DNA of 64,000 nucleotides. It comes from an uncultured Candidatus Planktophila sp. (GTDB lineage: Bacteria > Actinomycetota > Actinomycetes > Nanopelagicales > Nanopelagicaceae). Positions 36,461-45,303 of this stretch are shown piece by piece. The position numbers and the translations under genes are program-made. The notes under the pieces were generated by a model that saw nothing but the letters and a program-made list of their open reading frames with translations, searched no databases and was not told where the DNA came from. The DNA lies in contig CALJUA010000065.1 in the NCBI GenBank assembly GCA_937975715.1, positions 4,796 to 68,795 on the forward strand, given 5' to 3'. Every line of letters begins with the position of its first letter. Position 1 is the stretch's first letter.

Positions 36461-37561
36461 ATGAGCAGAGCTATTAACCACGAAGTCACCGGTGCGTGGC
36501 TTGAGGGTGATGATCCGGGCGAACGTAAGTTCCTCAAGATTGGTTTTCTCCTTCTAGAAAATGGCGAAGTGCTGCCCGATATCACTATTGCTTATCAAAC
36601 GTGGGGCACGCTCAACGAAGCTAAAGACAATGCAATATTGATTAATCATGCAATGACTGGTTGGTCTGATGTGCCTGCTTGGTGGCCGCAGATGGTTGGC
36701 CCTGGTCTGCCATTTGATACCGATAAATATTTCATAGTCTGTCCCAACGTCATCGGTGGCTGTCAAGGCTCAACTGGACCATCGAGTATTGCTCCTGATG
36801 GAAAGCGTTACGGTTCCCGCTTTCCGATCATCACTATTCGCGACATGGTCAATGCAGAGGTCGCATTTAGCGATGCTCTTGGAATCGAAAAGTATTTAAT
36901 TGCAGTTGGCCCATCACTGGGTGGAATGCGTTCGTTGGAATGGGCGATTCAATTGCCTCATCGAGTCGGTGCAATCTGCACCATTGGATCTTCAGCGGTT
37001 GCTACTGGAGACCAAATTGGAACCGCATCTATTCAAATTCGCGCTATTAAATCTGACCCGCATTTCAATAGAGGCGATTATTACGAGCAAGAGCGTGGAC
37101 CAGTTGAGGGAATGGGAATCGCTCGACGTATTGCTCATCTGACCTATCGCACTGAATCAGAGATGGATGTGCGCTTTGGTCGCCAACTCCAAGGCGATGA
37201 CACCGGCCGCTATGCCGTTGAGTCATACCTTGACCACCAGGCAAACAAGCTAGCCAAGCGCTTTGATGCCAATACCTATATTGCCCTCACGGATGCGATG
37301 AACTCACATGATGTGGGGCGCGATCGCGGGGGAGTCGTGGAGGCGCTGGAATCCATCACCGTTCCAGTCGTAGTGGTCTCCATTTCAACTGACCGGTTAT
37401 TCCCACCTCGACTTCAGGTTGAGATATCTGAGCTTGTGCCAACGGCAGAGCCACTCATTTCCATCAATTCTGACTTCGGTCATGATGGATTCTTGGTGGA
37501 GGCCGAGGCGGTAGGCGATGCAGTGCGCCACGCCCTTGCCACTGCCCAAAATTCACGCTGA
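36461..37561 (+). CDS. metX: Homoserine O-acetyltransferase
   Basis: HAMTG, NVIGGCQGSTGP, GPSLGGMR nucleophile, STDRLFP, GHDGFL. Confidence 0.93.
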   Translation: MSRAINHEVTGAWLEGDDPGERKFLKIGFLLLENGEVLPDITIAYQTWGTLNEAKDNAILINHAMTGWSDVPAWWPQMVGPGLPFDTDKYFIVCPNVIGGCQGSTGPSSIAPDGKRYGSRFPIITIRDMVNAEVAFSDALGIEKYLIAVGPSLGGMRSLEWAIQLPHRVGAICTIGSSAVATGDQIGTASIQIRAIKSDPHFNRGDYYEQERGPVEGMGIARRIAHLTYRTESEMDVRFGRQLQGDDTGRYAVESYLDHQANKLAKRFDANTYIALTDAMNSHDVGRDRGGVVEALESITVPVVVVSISTDRLFPPRLQVEISELVPTAEPLISINSDFGHDGFLVEAEAVGDAVRHALATAQNSR

Positions 37562-37580
37562 AAAGCGAAAATCGTCTGGG

Positions 37581-37586
37581 TATAAT
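37581..37586 (+). promoter_or_regulatory. Candidate -10 element for the sigma factor gene
   Basis: Consensus TATAAT 70 nt upstream of GTG 37656; no clear -35. Confidence 0.45.
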
Positions 37587-37655
37587 ATGCCTATCACTTC
37601 GAGCAGTTCGAGATAGAAAGTCTCGAGATTAGTTCGAAAAAACCAAAGGACAATT

Positions 37656-39644
37656 GTGGCTGTATTTAGTGCGCTCAAAAACAAGGCAGGTAAGAAATCA
37701 GCACCTGCTAAGAAGGCAGCTCCAGCGAAGAAGGCTGTAGCTAAGAAGGCTCCTGCAAAGAAAGCAGCACCGGTAAAGAAGGTTGCAGCTAAGAAGGCGG
37801 TAGCGAAGAAGGCAGCGCCAGCTAAGAAGGCGGCACCAGTAAAGAAGGTTGCTGCAAAGCCAGTCAAAGTTGAATTGAAGAAAGAACTATCCGCAAAGGA
37901 AGTTCAGCAGCTCGTAGACCTCAAGAACGCTGTTGCACGTCAGAAGGAGATCCTCGCTGATCTTGAAGCTGCCGGCATTACAAATATCAATAAGATCGTA
38001 AAGAAGGAGTTCCAGCCTCTCGTCCTTGAGGCACGCGCGCTCGCAATTTCGATTCCAGTTGATACCGAGAAGGCACGCAAGGCAGGCCTTGGTGGACCTA
38101 ACCGTATTCTTTCAAAGGCACAGCTCGCACTGATTGCACCTGAACCAGAACCTGTGAAGGCTCCAGAAGTTGGCACAGATGGCAAGGCAGTTAAGGCTGT
38201 TGTTCTCGATGAAGATGGCAATGAAGTTGTTGTTGAAGAAGTTGAGCTCGAAGATGTAGACACACTTATTGCAGAAGCTGCCGAGATCATCGACGCTGAA
38301 GCTGATGGCACAAAGCCACGTGTTGTCGATGTAACTGAAGAGACAAATAAGTTTGAAGAAGGTTCATTCCTTCTTCTAGATTCTGAATCAGATGATGATG
38401 AAGAAGACAAGAACGAGCGCGAAAAGCATAAGAAGGATCTCAAGAATATCAATATGATTCTTGAAGCTGTTAACGGCAAGATCCAGGGTCGCGAAGTTCC
38501 AGCAAAGCACAACATCGATCAGGCTGAGGCGAAGGCACTTACCTTCAAGCAGATTCAACAGATGTTTGCAATGAATACCTTCACTGACAAGTCAGCGAAG
38601 ATCATCACCGAAGCTGTTAACCAGGGATACTTGAAGAATCTCGAAGATCTTCAATACTTCTTCAACGAGCAGGCTCGTTTCGTACAGACTGAAATCAAGC
38701 GCCTCCCACCAGAGCAGACAGTTCTTACAGCTGGTGCGACTGCTGACCCAGTTAAAGATTACCTCAAGCAGATCGGCCGCGTTGCTCTTCTTAATGCAGA
38801 GCTCGAAGTTGAACTTGCTACCCGCGTTGAAGCTGGTCTCTTTGCAGAAGAGAAGCTGCTCAATGAGAAGAAGCTTGATAAGAAGCTCAAGCGCGAGCTC
38901 GAGTGGATTGTTGAAGATGGAAAGCGCGCAAAGAATCACTTGCTCGAAGCAAACCTTCGTCTCGTTGTTTCCCTTGCAAAGCGTTACACCGGTCGTGGAA
39001 TGTTGTTCTTGGACTTGATCCAGGAAGGTAACCTCGGTCTTATCCGTGCAGTTGAGAAGTTCGACTACACAAAGGGTTACAAGTTCTCAACATATGCAAC
39101 ATGGTGGATCCGTCAGGCAATCACACGCGCGATGGCTGACCAGGCTCGTACGATTCGTATCCCGGTTCACATGGTTGAAGTCATTAACAAGCTTGCCCGT
39201 GTGCAGCGTCAGATGCTTCAGGATCTCGGTCGCGAACCGACCCCAGAAGAGCTCGCTAAGGAACTCGATATGACACCTGAAAAGGTGGTCGAAGTTCAGA
39301 AGTACGGCCGCGAGCCAATTTCTCTCCACACGCCACTTGGCGAAGAGGGAGATTCAGAGTTCGGTGATCTCATTGAAGATTCAGAGGCGATCAAGCCTGA
39401 AGAGTCAGTGACATTCACAATCTTGCAGGAGCAGTTGATGCAGGTTCTCGGTGGACTTACCAACCGTGAAGCTGACGTTATCAAGGCTCGCTACGGACTT
39501 ACAGATGGACAGCCAAAGACACTTGATGAAATCGGAAAGGTTCACGGAGTTACTCGTGAACGTATTCGTCAGATTGAGTCAAAGACAATGTCGAAGCTAC
39601 GTCACCCATCTCGTTCACAAGCGCTTCGCGATTACCTCGACTAA
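37656..39644 (+). CDS. rpoD: Principal RNA polymerase sigma factor (RpoD/HrdB/SigA)
   Basis: [57 protein letters not shown]; N-terminal PAKK repeats. Confidence 0.97.
   Translation: MAVFSALKNKAGKKSAPAKKAAPAKKAVAKKAPAKKAAPVKKVAAKKAVAKKAAPAKKAAPVKKVAAKPVKVELKKELSAKEVQQLVDLKNAVARQKEILADLEAAGITNINKIVKKEFQPLVLEARALAISIPVDTEKARKAGLGGPNRILSKAQLALIAPEPEPVKAPEVGTDGKAVKAVVLDEDGNEVVVEEVELEDVDTLIAEAAEIIDAEADGTKPRVVDVTEETNKFEEGSFLLLDSESDDDEEDKNEREKHKKDLKNINMILEAVNGKIQGREVPAKHNIDQAEAKALTFKQIQQMFAMNTFTDKSAKIITEAVNQGYLKNLEDLQYFFNEQARFVQTEIKRLPPEQTVLTAGATADPVKDYLKQIGRVALLNAELEVELATRVEAGLFAEEKLLNEKKLDKKLKRELEWIVEDGKRAKNHLLEANLRLVVSLAKRYTGRGMLFLDLIQEGNLGLIRAVEKFDYTKGYKFSTYATWWIRQAITRAMADQARTIRIPVHMVEVINKLARVQRQMLQDLGREPTPEELAKELDMTPEKVVEVQKYGREPISLHTPLGEEGDSEFGDLIEDSEAIKPEESVTFTILQEQLMQVLGGLTNREADVIKARYGLTDGQPKTLDEIGKVHGVTRERIRQIESKTMSKLRHPSRSQALRDYLD
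37700..37865 (+). repeat. Coding tandem repeats (APAKK/VAAKK) in the sigma N-terminus
   Basis: Imperfect (GCN)(CCN)(GCN)AAGAAG units encoding a histone-like Lys/Ala tail. Confidence 0.85.
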
Positions 39645-39647
39645 GTC

Positions 39648-39836
39648 ATGACAGAAAACGTCAAGGTTTTTGTAAATCCTAAGAGCGGATCTATCCGCAT
39701 CACAGGAACCGTGGACTTCGTCGATGCTGATGGCAATGTCACCAGCACCGTCGAAAACCCTAAGTTCTGTGGGTGCAGCCTCTCGAAAGATAAGCCTTTC
39801 TGTGATGGGTCGCATAAGGAAAAGATCCAAAGCTAG
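39648..39836 (+). CDS. CDGSH iron-sulfur domain protein
   Basis: CGCSLSKDKPFCDGSH motif. Confidence 0.9.
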   Translation: MTENVKVFVNPKSGSIRITGTVDFVDADGNVTSTVENPKFCGCSLSKDKPFCDGSHKEKIQS

Positions 39837-39877
39837 CTTTTCTAGGCTGTAAAGGAATATCCCTTTATCATGTGTCT

Positions 39878-41101
39878 GTGCAGAAGGCTCTGAGGTTCCT
39901 AGTCGCTTCAAGCATAATTCTCTCTTCTTTGATTTTTTACCTTCAACCCGCTCAAGCGGCCTCTTCCAACCCGAATGCAGTCTGTTCAGGTGCAACGTGC
40001 ACCGTCACTTTCGCCTACACCGGCGATTACTATCAATGGAGCGCACCTGTAACAGGTGATTACACCTTCGAACTTTGGGGTGCTTCAGGAGGCGGGAACG
40101 GTAGCGCATATTGGGGTACTGGCGGCAATGGCGGTTACGCAAAAGGAACATTAGCTCTTACGAGTTCTCAAACCTTATATATCTATCCAGGACAGGCAGG
40201 ATTTCAATCAGGAACGAGTACTTCTTACAACGGTGGAGGATTTGGAAATCCGAGTTCTTCTTATGGAAATGGATACACCGGAGGTGGAGCTACACATATC
40301 GCCACCACTTCCGGATTGCTGGCCTCGCTCTCCAGCGATACAAGTAGTGTGCTTATCGTTGCCGGCGGAGGTGGTGGTGCCGGAGGTAGCCAAGGACAAT
40401 CTGGATATTCTATTTATGCGGCGAATGGCGGTGCAGGTGGAGGAACTTCTGGTGTAGCCGGGGCTCACTCAAATAATGAATCAAGTTATCGCCCTGGCGG
40501 TGGTGGAGGCACTCAGCTAGCAGGCGGTACTACTGCTAGCGCTTCTACTGCGTCTGCATTCGGTAGGGGAGCTAGTGCAACATCACTTCAATCTGATGCA
40601 ATTCAAGGAGGAGGCGGTGGTGGCGGTTGGTATGGAGGCGGTGCTGGATCACAAGCTGGCGGTGGCGGTGGCGGTGGTTCGAGTTACGTCGGTCGCCTGA
40701 CAAACACTTCAAATATTGCGGGAAATTCATCAATGCCAAATCCGAGTGGCGGAACTATGACTGGTCGCGTCGGCGATGGACTTGCTCGAATAACATATTC
40801 AAATAGTCCAGTGGTGGTTTCTCTAGCAATTGCCGGAAATGCATCCACGGTCAGAAAATCTGACTTTGTCGTTCTTACGGCAACTTCTGATGCTGCAGGT
40901 CGTGTGACTTTCTATTCAAATGGCAAGAAAATCCCAGGATGCATTAACCTCACAATCACTGTTGGAACGAGAACCTGTACATGGAAAGTTGCAATTCAAA
41001 CCTCAACCACATTAAAAGCTTACGTAACTCCTGCTAGTGGAATAGCAGCTTTCTCTCCAGAGATATCCGTATCAGTAACAAGAAGAACGGGCACCCGCTA
41101 A
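39878..41101 (+). CDS. Secreted glycine-rich protein with C-terminal Ig-like domain
   Basis: Signal peptide, ELWGASGG, multiple poly-Gly tracts, GRVTFYSNGKKI..C Ig-like end. GTG 39878 lies 6 nt after TATCAT. Confidence 0.75.
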   Translation: MQKALRFLVASSIILSSLIFYLQPAQAASSNPNAVCSGATCTVTFAYTGDYYQWSAPVTGDYTFELWGASGGGNGSAYWGTGGNGGYAKGTLALTSSQTLYIYPGQAGFQSGTSTSYNGGGFGNPSSSYGNGYTGGGATHIATTSGLLASLSSDTSSVLIVAGGGGGAGGSQGQSGYSIYAANGGAGGGTSGVAGAHSNNESSYRPGGGGGTQLAGGTTASASTASAFGRGASATSLQSDAIQGGGGGGGWYGGGAGSQAGGGGGGGSSYVGRLTNTSNIAGNSSMPNPSGGTMTGRVGDGLARITYSNSPVVVSLAIAGNASTVRKSDFVVLTATSDAAGRVTFYSNGKKIPGCINLTITVGTRTCTWKVAIQTSTTLKAYVTPASGIAAFSPEISVSVTRRTGTR

Positions 41102-41118
41102 TAGCGAGTGCCCGTCTT
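41088..41118. terminator. Hairpin between convergent genes
   Basis: ACGGGCAC-CCGCTAATAGCGA-GTGCCCGT. Confidence 0.55.
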
Positions 41119-41132
41119 ATTAATTCCTTAAA

Positions 41133-41342
41133 TTACTTAGTTTCCACCAAGCGCTCAGTCTCGTCCTGAATCTTTACAGCGACCTGAGATAGCTTCTCGG
41201 CGTACTCCTTGCCGTGGTGAGCGCAGAACATCAGCTCGCCTCCGGTGGCCAAGACGGCACGAACATAGGCCTGGGCACCGCAACGATCACAGCGGTCTAG
41301 GGCATTGAGGGGTGTGGATTCGAGTAGTACTTGCTCGGTCAT
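41133..41342 (-). CDS. Small conserved actinobacterial Cys/His protein upstream of topoisomerase IV B
   Basis: DRCDRCGAQAY...LMFCAHH; usual divergent neighbour of parE in actinobacteria. Confidence 0.8.
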   Translation of the reverse strand: MTEQVLLESTPLNALDRCDRCGAQAYVRAVLATGGELMFCAHHGKEYAEKLSQVAVKIQDETERLVETK

Positions 41343-41539
41343 CGCTCTCTCCGTTCGCTATATAAACAATCAGAGGGTAGTGATTCCCTCTGACATTGGA
41401 ACATCATGCCAGTTACTTTTATTCCCCGCGCGGTTAAATTGGGTTAATTTCCGATATTTGGAGTTCTCTATCACTATATGAGACACCTCACGGCGCGCTT
41501 AACTGATTGCAAACGATTCGCTGGCTAATCTTTGCCACC

Positions 41540-43642
41540 GTGACTGCCAATGATGAGTTGAATTTCGACGCTCCTGTAACTGAAGCCGGGTCAAAAGATA
41601 GCTATACCGCAAAGGACCTCGCTGTCCTTGAGGGCCTTGATGCTGTCCGTAAGCGCCCAGGTATGTATATCGGTTCAACTGACTCACGCGGTCTTATGCA
41701 CTGCCTCTGGGAGATCATCGATAACGCAGTAGATGAATCGCTCGCAGGTCACTGTAAGAAGATTGAGATCAACCTCGAAGCAGATGGCTCGGTTGAAGTG
41801 CACGATGATGGTCGCGGTATTCCAGTTGATAAGGAACCTAAGACAGGTCTCACTGGTGTTGAAGTTGTTATGACCAAGCTCCATGCAGGTGGAAAGTTCG
41901 GTGGCGGTTCATATGCAGCCTCAGGCGGTCTCCACGGTGTGGGTGCATCAGTTGTAAACGCACTTGCAGAGCGTCTTGATGTTGAGGTTGATCGCAACGG
42001 CAAGATTTATTGGATGTCATTTAAGCGCGGAACTCCTGGCGTCTTTGATGGCGATGGACCAAAGGCAGAGTTCACAGAGCAATCTGGTCTTCGAGTCATT
42101 GGAAAGATTTCATCGAAGGTAACTGGAACACGCGTTAAGTGGTGGTCAGATAAGCAGATCTTCCTTAAGGATGCATCGCTTGATATCGAAGATATCTACG
42201 CACGCGCACGTCAGACATCTTTCTTGGTTCCAGGTCTCTCTCTGACTGTTAACGATAACCGCACAAAAGAGAAGACAACTCAGACTTTCTATCACAAGGG
42301 CGGAATCTCTGAATACTGTGATTTCTTGCAGCCTGATCAGCCAGTAGGCGATGTCATTCGCATCTACGGAACTGGTCACTACCAGGAGACTGTTCCAGTT
42401 CTTGATGACAAGGGACATATGGTCTCAACTGAGGTTGAGCGCGATATGGAAGTAGATATCGCGATGAAGTGGGGTGACGGATTCGATTCAACCATTCGTT
42501 CATTCGTTAACATCATTGCAACTCCCAAGGGTGGCACTCACCTTCAGGGCTTTGAGCGCGCAATCACCAAGTCATTTAACGAGGCTATGCGCAGCGCAGG
42601 TATCTTGAAGAAGAACGAAGCAGATGTCATCAAGGATGACGTCATGGAAGGCATTACAGCTGTTGTCACAGTGCGAATGTCAGAGCCTCAGTTCGAAGGT
42701 CAGACTAAGGAAGTTCTCGGAACAGCTGCTGCTACAAAGATAGTCAGTGCAGTCGTTGCCGACAAGCTGAAGGAATTCTTCGCAACAACACGTCGCATCG
42801 ACAAGGCCAACGGCAAGTTGATCATGGAGAAGGTTGCTGGCGCATCACGTACACGTATTAGTGCGCGTACCCATAAAGACCTTCAGCGTCGTAAGAATGC
42901 GCTCGAATCTTCGGCGCTTCCAACAAAGCTTTCAGATTGCCGTTCAGAAGATGTCACTCGCACCGAACTCTTTATCGTTGAGGGCGACTCTGCGCTGGGC
43001 ACTACAAAGGCAGCTCGCAACTCTGAGTTCCAGGCAATCTTGCCGATCCGCGGAAAGATCCTCAACGTTCAGAAGGCATCGCTTTCTCAGATGCTCGATG
43101 ACAAGGAATGTGGATCGATCATTCAGGTGATCGGTGCAGGTTCAGGTAAGTCATTCGAACTCGACGATGCTCGCTATGGTCGCGTCATCTTGATGTCAGA
43201 CGCTGACGTTGACGGCGCACACATTCGTTGCTTGCTTCTGACATTGATGTATCGCTACATGCGCCCATTGATTGATTCTGGTCGAGTCTTCGCAGCTATT
43301 CCACCATTGCACCGCATTGAGGTCATGGGTGGCGGTGGCAAGAAGGGCAATTACATCTACACATACTCAGATGATGAGATGAAGAAAGTCACGGCTGACC
43401 TTGCTAAAAATGGCAAGCGTTGGAAAGAACCTATTCAGCGTTACAAGGGCCTTGGCGAAATGGATGCAGATCAGCTCCGTGAGACCACAATGGATCCAGA
43501 TGTGCGCACACTTCGCCGCATTACTGTTACCGATGCAGCAGCAGCAGAGGCTATGTTTGAACTTCTCATGGGCTCAGATGTAGCTCCACGTAAAGAATTC
43601 ATCGCTAACGCTGAGATCGACCGCGATTCCATCGATGCATAA
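41540..43642 (+). CDS. parE: DNA topoisomerase IV subunit B (GyrB paralogue)
   Basis: AVRKRPGMYIG, EIIDNAVDE, GLHGVGASVVN, VEGDSA, PIRGKILN, DADVDG, QRYKGLGEM; context near the sigma factor gene. Confidence 0.9.
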   Translation: MTANDELNFDAPVTEAGSKDSYTAKDLAVLEGLDAVRKRPGMYIGSTDSRGLMHCLWEIIDNAVDESLAGHCKKIEINLEADGSVEVHDDGRGIPVDKEPKTGLTGVEVVMTKLHAGGKFGGGSYAASGGLHGVGASVVNALAERLDVEVDRNGKIYWMSFKRGTPGVFDGDGPKAEFTEQSGLRVIGKISSKVTGTRVKWWSDKQIFLKDASLDIEDIYARARQTSFLVPGLSLTVNDNRTKEKTTQTFYHKGGISEYCDFLQPDQPVGDVIRIYGTGHYQETVPVLDDKGHMVSTEVERDMEVDIAMKWGDGFDSTIRSFVNIIATPKGGTHLQGFERAITKSFNEAMRSAGILKKNEADVIKDDVMEGITAVVTVRMSEPQFEGQTKEVLGTAAATKIVSAVVADKLKEFFATTRRIDKANGKLIMEKVAGASRTRISARTHKDLQRRKNALESSALPTKLSDCRSEDVTRTELFIVEGDSALGTTKAARNSEFQAILPIRGKILNVQKASLSQMLDDKECGSIIQVIGAGSGKSFELDDARYGRVILMSDADVDGAHIRCLLLTLMYRYMRPLIDSGRVFAAIPPLHRIEVMGGGGKKGNYIYTYSDDEMKKVTADLAKNGKRWKEPIQRYKGLGEMDADQLRETTMDPDVRTLRRITVTDAAAAEAMFELLMGSDVAPRKEFIANAEIDRDSIDA

Positions 43643-43650
43643 GTCTTAAC

Positions 43651-43685
43651 GAAAAAGCCCCGCCAATATCAGCGGGGCTTTTTTC
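43651..43685. terminator. Bidirectional intrinsic terminator
   Basis: GAAAAAGCCCCGC-CAATATCA-GCGGGGCTTTTTTC between convergent parE and ABC-F genes. Confidence 0.88.
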
Positions 43686-43695
43686 TTGGAAAGAA

Positions 43696-45294
43696 TTAAT
43701 CGATTGAGACGAGATCGAAGTACTCGTCCTTCCAGATGTCCTCATCACCATCTGGCAGCAAGATGACTCGTTCTGGCTTCAGTGCCTGAACTGCGCCTTC
43801 ATCGTGAGAGACCATGACGACTGAGCCTTGATATTCGCTGAGTGCTCCAAGGATCTCTTCTCGCGAAGCTGGGTCAAGGTTGTTAGTCGGCTCATCGAGC
43901 AGGAGCACATTGGCTCCAGAGACAACGATGGTTGCAAGGGCAAGGCGTGTGCGCTCTCCACCAGAGAGAACCTTGACCGGTTTATGAACGTCGTCACCTG
44001 CAAAGAGGAATGAACCCAAGACATTGCGTGCCTCTGGCTCGCGAATATCCGCAGTCGCAGACATCATGTTTTCGAGAATGGTGCGTTCAAAATCAAGTGA
44101 TTCGTGTTCCTGTGCGTAGTAGCCAATCTTTAAGCCATGACCATGTTCAACTTTTCCAGTATCGGATTCAAGTTCACCGGCCAGGATACGAAGAAGCGTT
44201 GTCTTACCTGCACCGTTGAGACCGAGGATCACAACACGTGAGCCCTTATCAATCACACAAGAAACATCGGTAAAGATTTCAAGTGAGCCATAGTTCTTAG
44301 AGAGCTCTTCACCTGAGAGGGGAGTCTTGCCACATGGCGCAGGCGTTGGAAAGCGAAGCTTTGCGACCTTGTCAGAGACGCGAACATCTTCCAGGGATGA
44401 ACGGAGCTTCTCGGCGCGACGCAACATTCCTTGTGCTGCAGTTGCCTTTGATGCCTTTGCACGCATCTTCTCGCCCTGCTTCTGCAAAATCTCTGCGCGC
44501 TTCTCGGCGTTAGCACGCTCTTTCTTGCGGCGATGTTCGTCGGCTTCGCGCTGAATGAGGTACTGCTTCCAGCCCATGTTGTAGACATCGATCACGTTTC
44601 GGTTTGCATCGATGTAGAAAACTTTATTGACGACGGTCTCGATCAGATTGACATCGTGAGAGATGATGACGAGGCCGCCTGCATAGTTGGTGAGGTATTG
44701 GCGCAACCAGATGATGGAATCTGCATCAAGGTGGTTAGTTGGCTCATCGAGTAGAAGAGTCTCTGCGCCAGAGAAAAGGATGCGTGCGAGTTCGATGCGA
44801 CGGCGCTGACCACCTGAAAGCGTTGCAATTTCATTGTGGAAGACATCTTCTGAAACTCCGAGAGAAGAAGCGATTGCCTCTGCCTCTGATGTTGCTGCAT
44901 ATCCACCTGCTGCATTGAATTCAGCATCTACGCGGGTGTAGCGTTCGAGAGCTTTTTCGAGTTCTTCGCCCTCAGTTGTTGAAAGTTCGAGTTCGACCGC
45001 TGTCATGCGCTTTGCAATTTCATCGAGACCGCGTGCAGACAAAATGCGATCTAGCGCGGTGCCTTGATCTTCACCAGTGCGAGGATCCTGGGGGAGATAG
45101 CCAATCTTTCCTGTGCGCTGAACGCCACCACCTGCAGGCAGAGTCTCACCGGCAAGTACTTTCGCAAGAGTTGATTTACCTGCACCGTTGCGGCCAACAA
45201 ATCCGACTCGGTCACCGCTATTGACGCGGATGTTGACGCCACTGACGAGAAGGCGGGCACCAGCGCGGAGTTCGAGTGCAGAGGTAGAAATCAC
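43696..45294 (-). CDS. ABC-F family ATP-binding protein
   Basis: Two NBDs (GRNGAGKST / GLNGAGKTT, LSGG, LLLDEPTN) with linker and no membrane segments. Confidence 0.93.
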   Translation of the reverse strand: MISTSALELRAGARLLVSGVNIRVNSGDRVGFVGRNGAGKSTLAKVLAGETLPAGGGVQRTGKIGYLPQDPRTGEDQGTALDRILSARGLDEIAKRMTAVELELSTTEGEELEKALERYTRVDAEFNAAGGYAATSEAEAIASSLGVSEDVFHNEIATLSGGQRRRIELARILFSGAETLLLDEPTNHLDADSIIWLRQYLTNYAGGLVIISHDVNLIETVVNKVFYIDANRNVIDVYNMGWKQYLIQREADEHRRKKERANAEKRAEILQKQGEKMRAKASKATAAQGMLRRAEKLRSSLEDVRVSDKVAKLRFPTPAPCGKTPLSGEELSKNYGSLEIFTDVSCVIDKGSRVVILGLNGAGKTTLLRILAGELESDTGKVEHGHGLKIGYYAQEHESLDFERTILENMMSATADIREPEARNVLGSFLFAGDDVHKPVKVLSGGERTRLALATIVVSGANVLLLDEPTNNLDPASREEILGALSEYQGSVVMVSHDEGAVQALKPERVILLPDGDEDIWKDEYFDLVSID

Positions 45295-45303
45295 TGGTGC
45301 AGT

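Noticed and set aside
37700-37865. Tandem repeats as a CRISPR array
   Set aside because: They are imperfect in-frame coding repeats (PAKK) with no unique spacers and no cas genes.
38405-38710. Intein in the sigma factor
   Set aside because: No N-terminal Cys/Ser block, no terminal His-Asn, and too short for a homing domain.
40360-40690. GGN-rich tracts as a DNA-level repeat or G-quadruplex element
   Set aside because: Explained by poly-glycine coding, with synonymous third positions varying freely.
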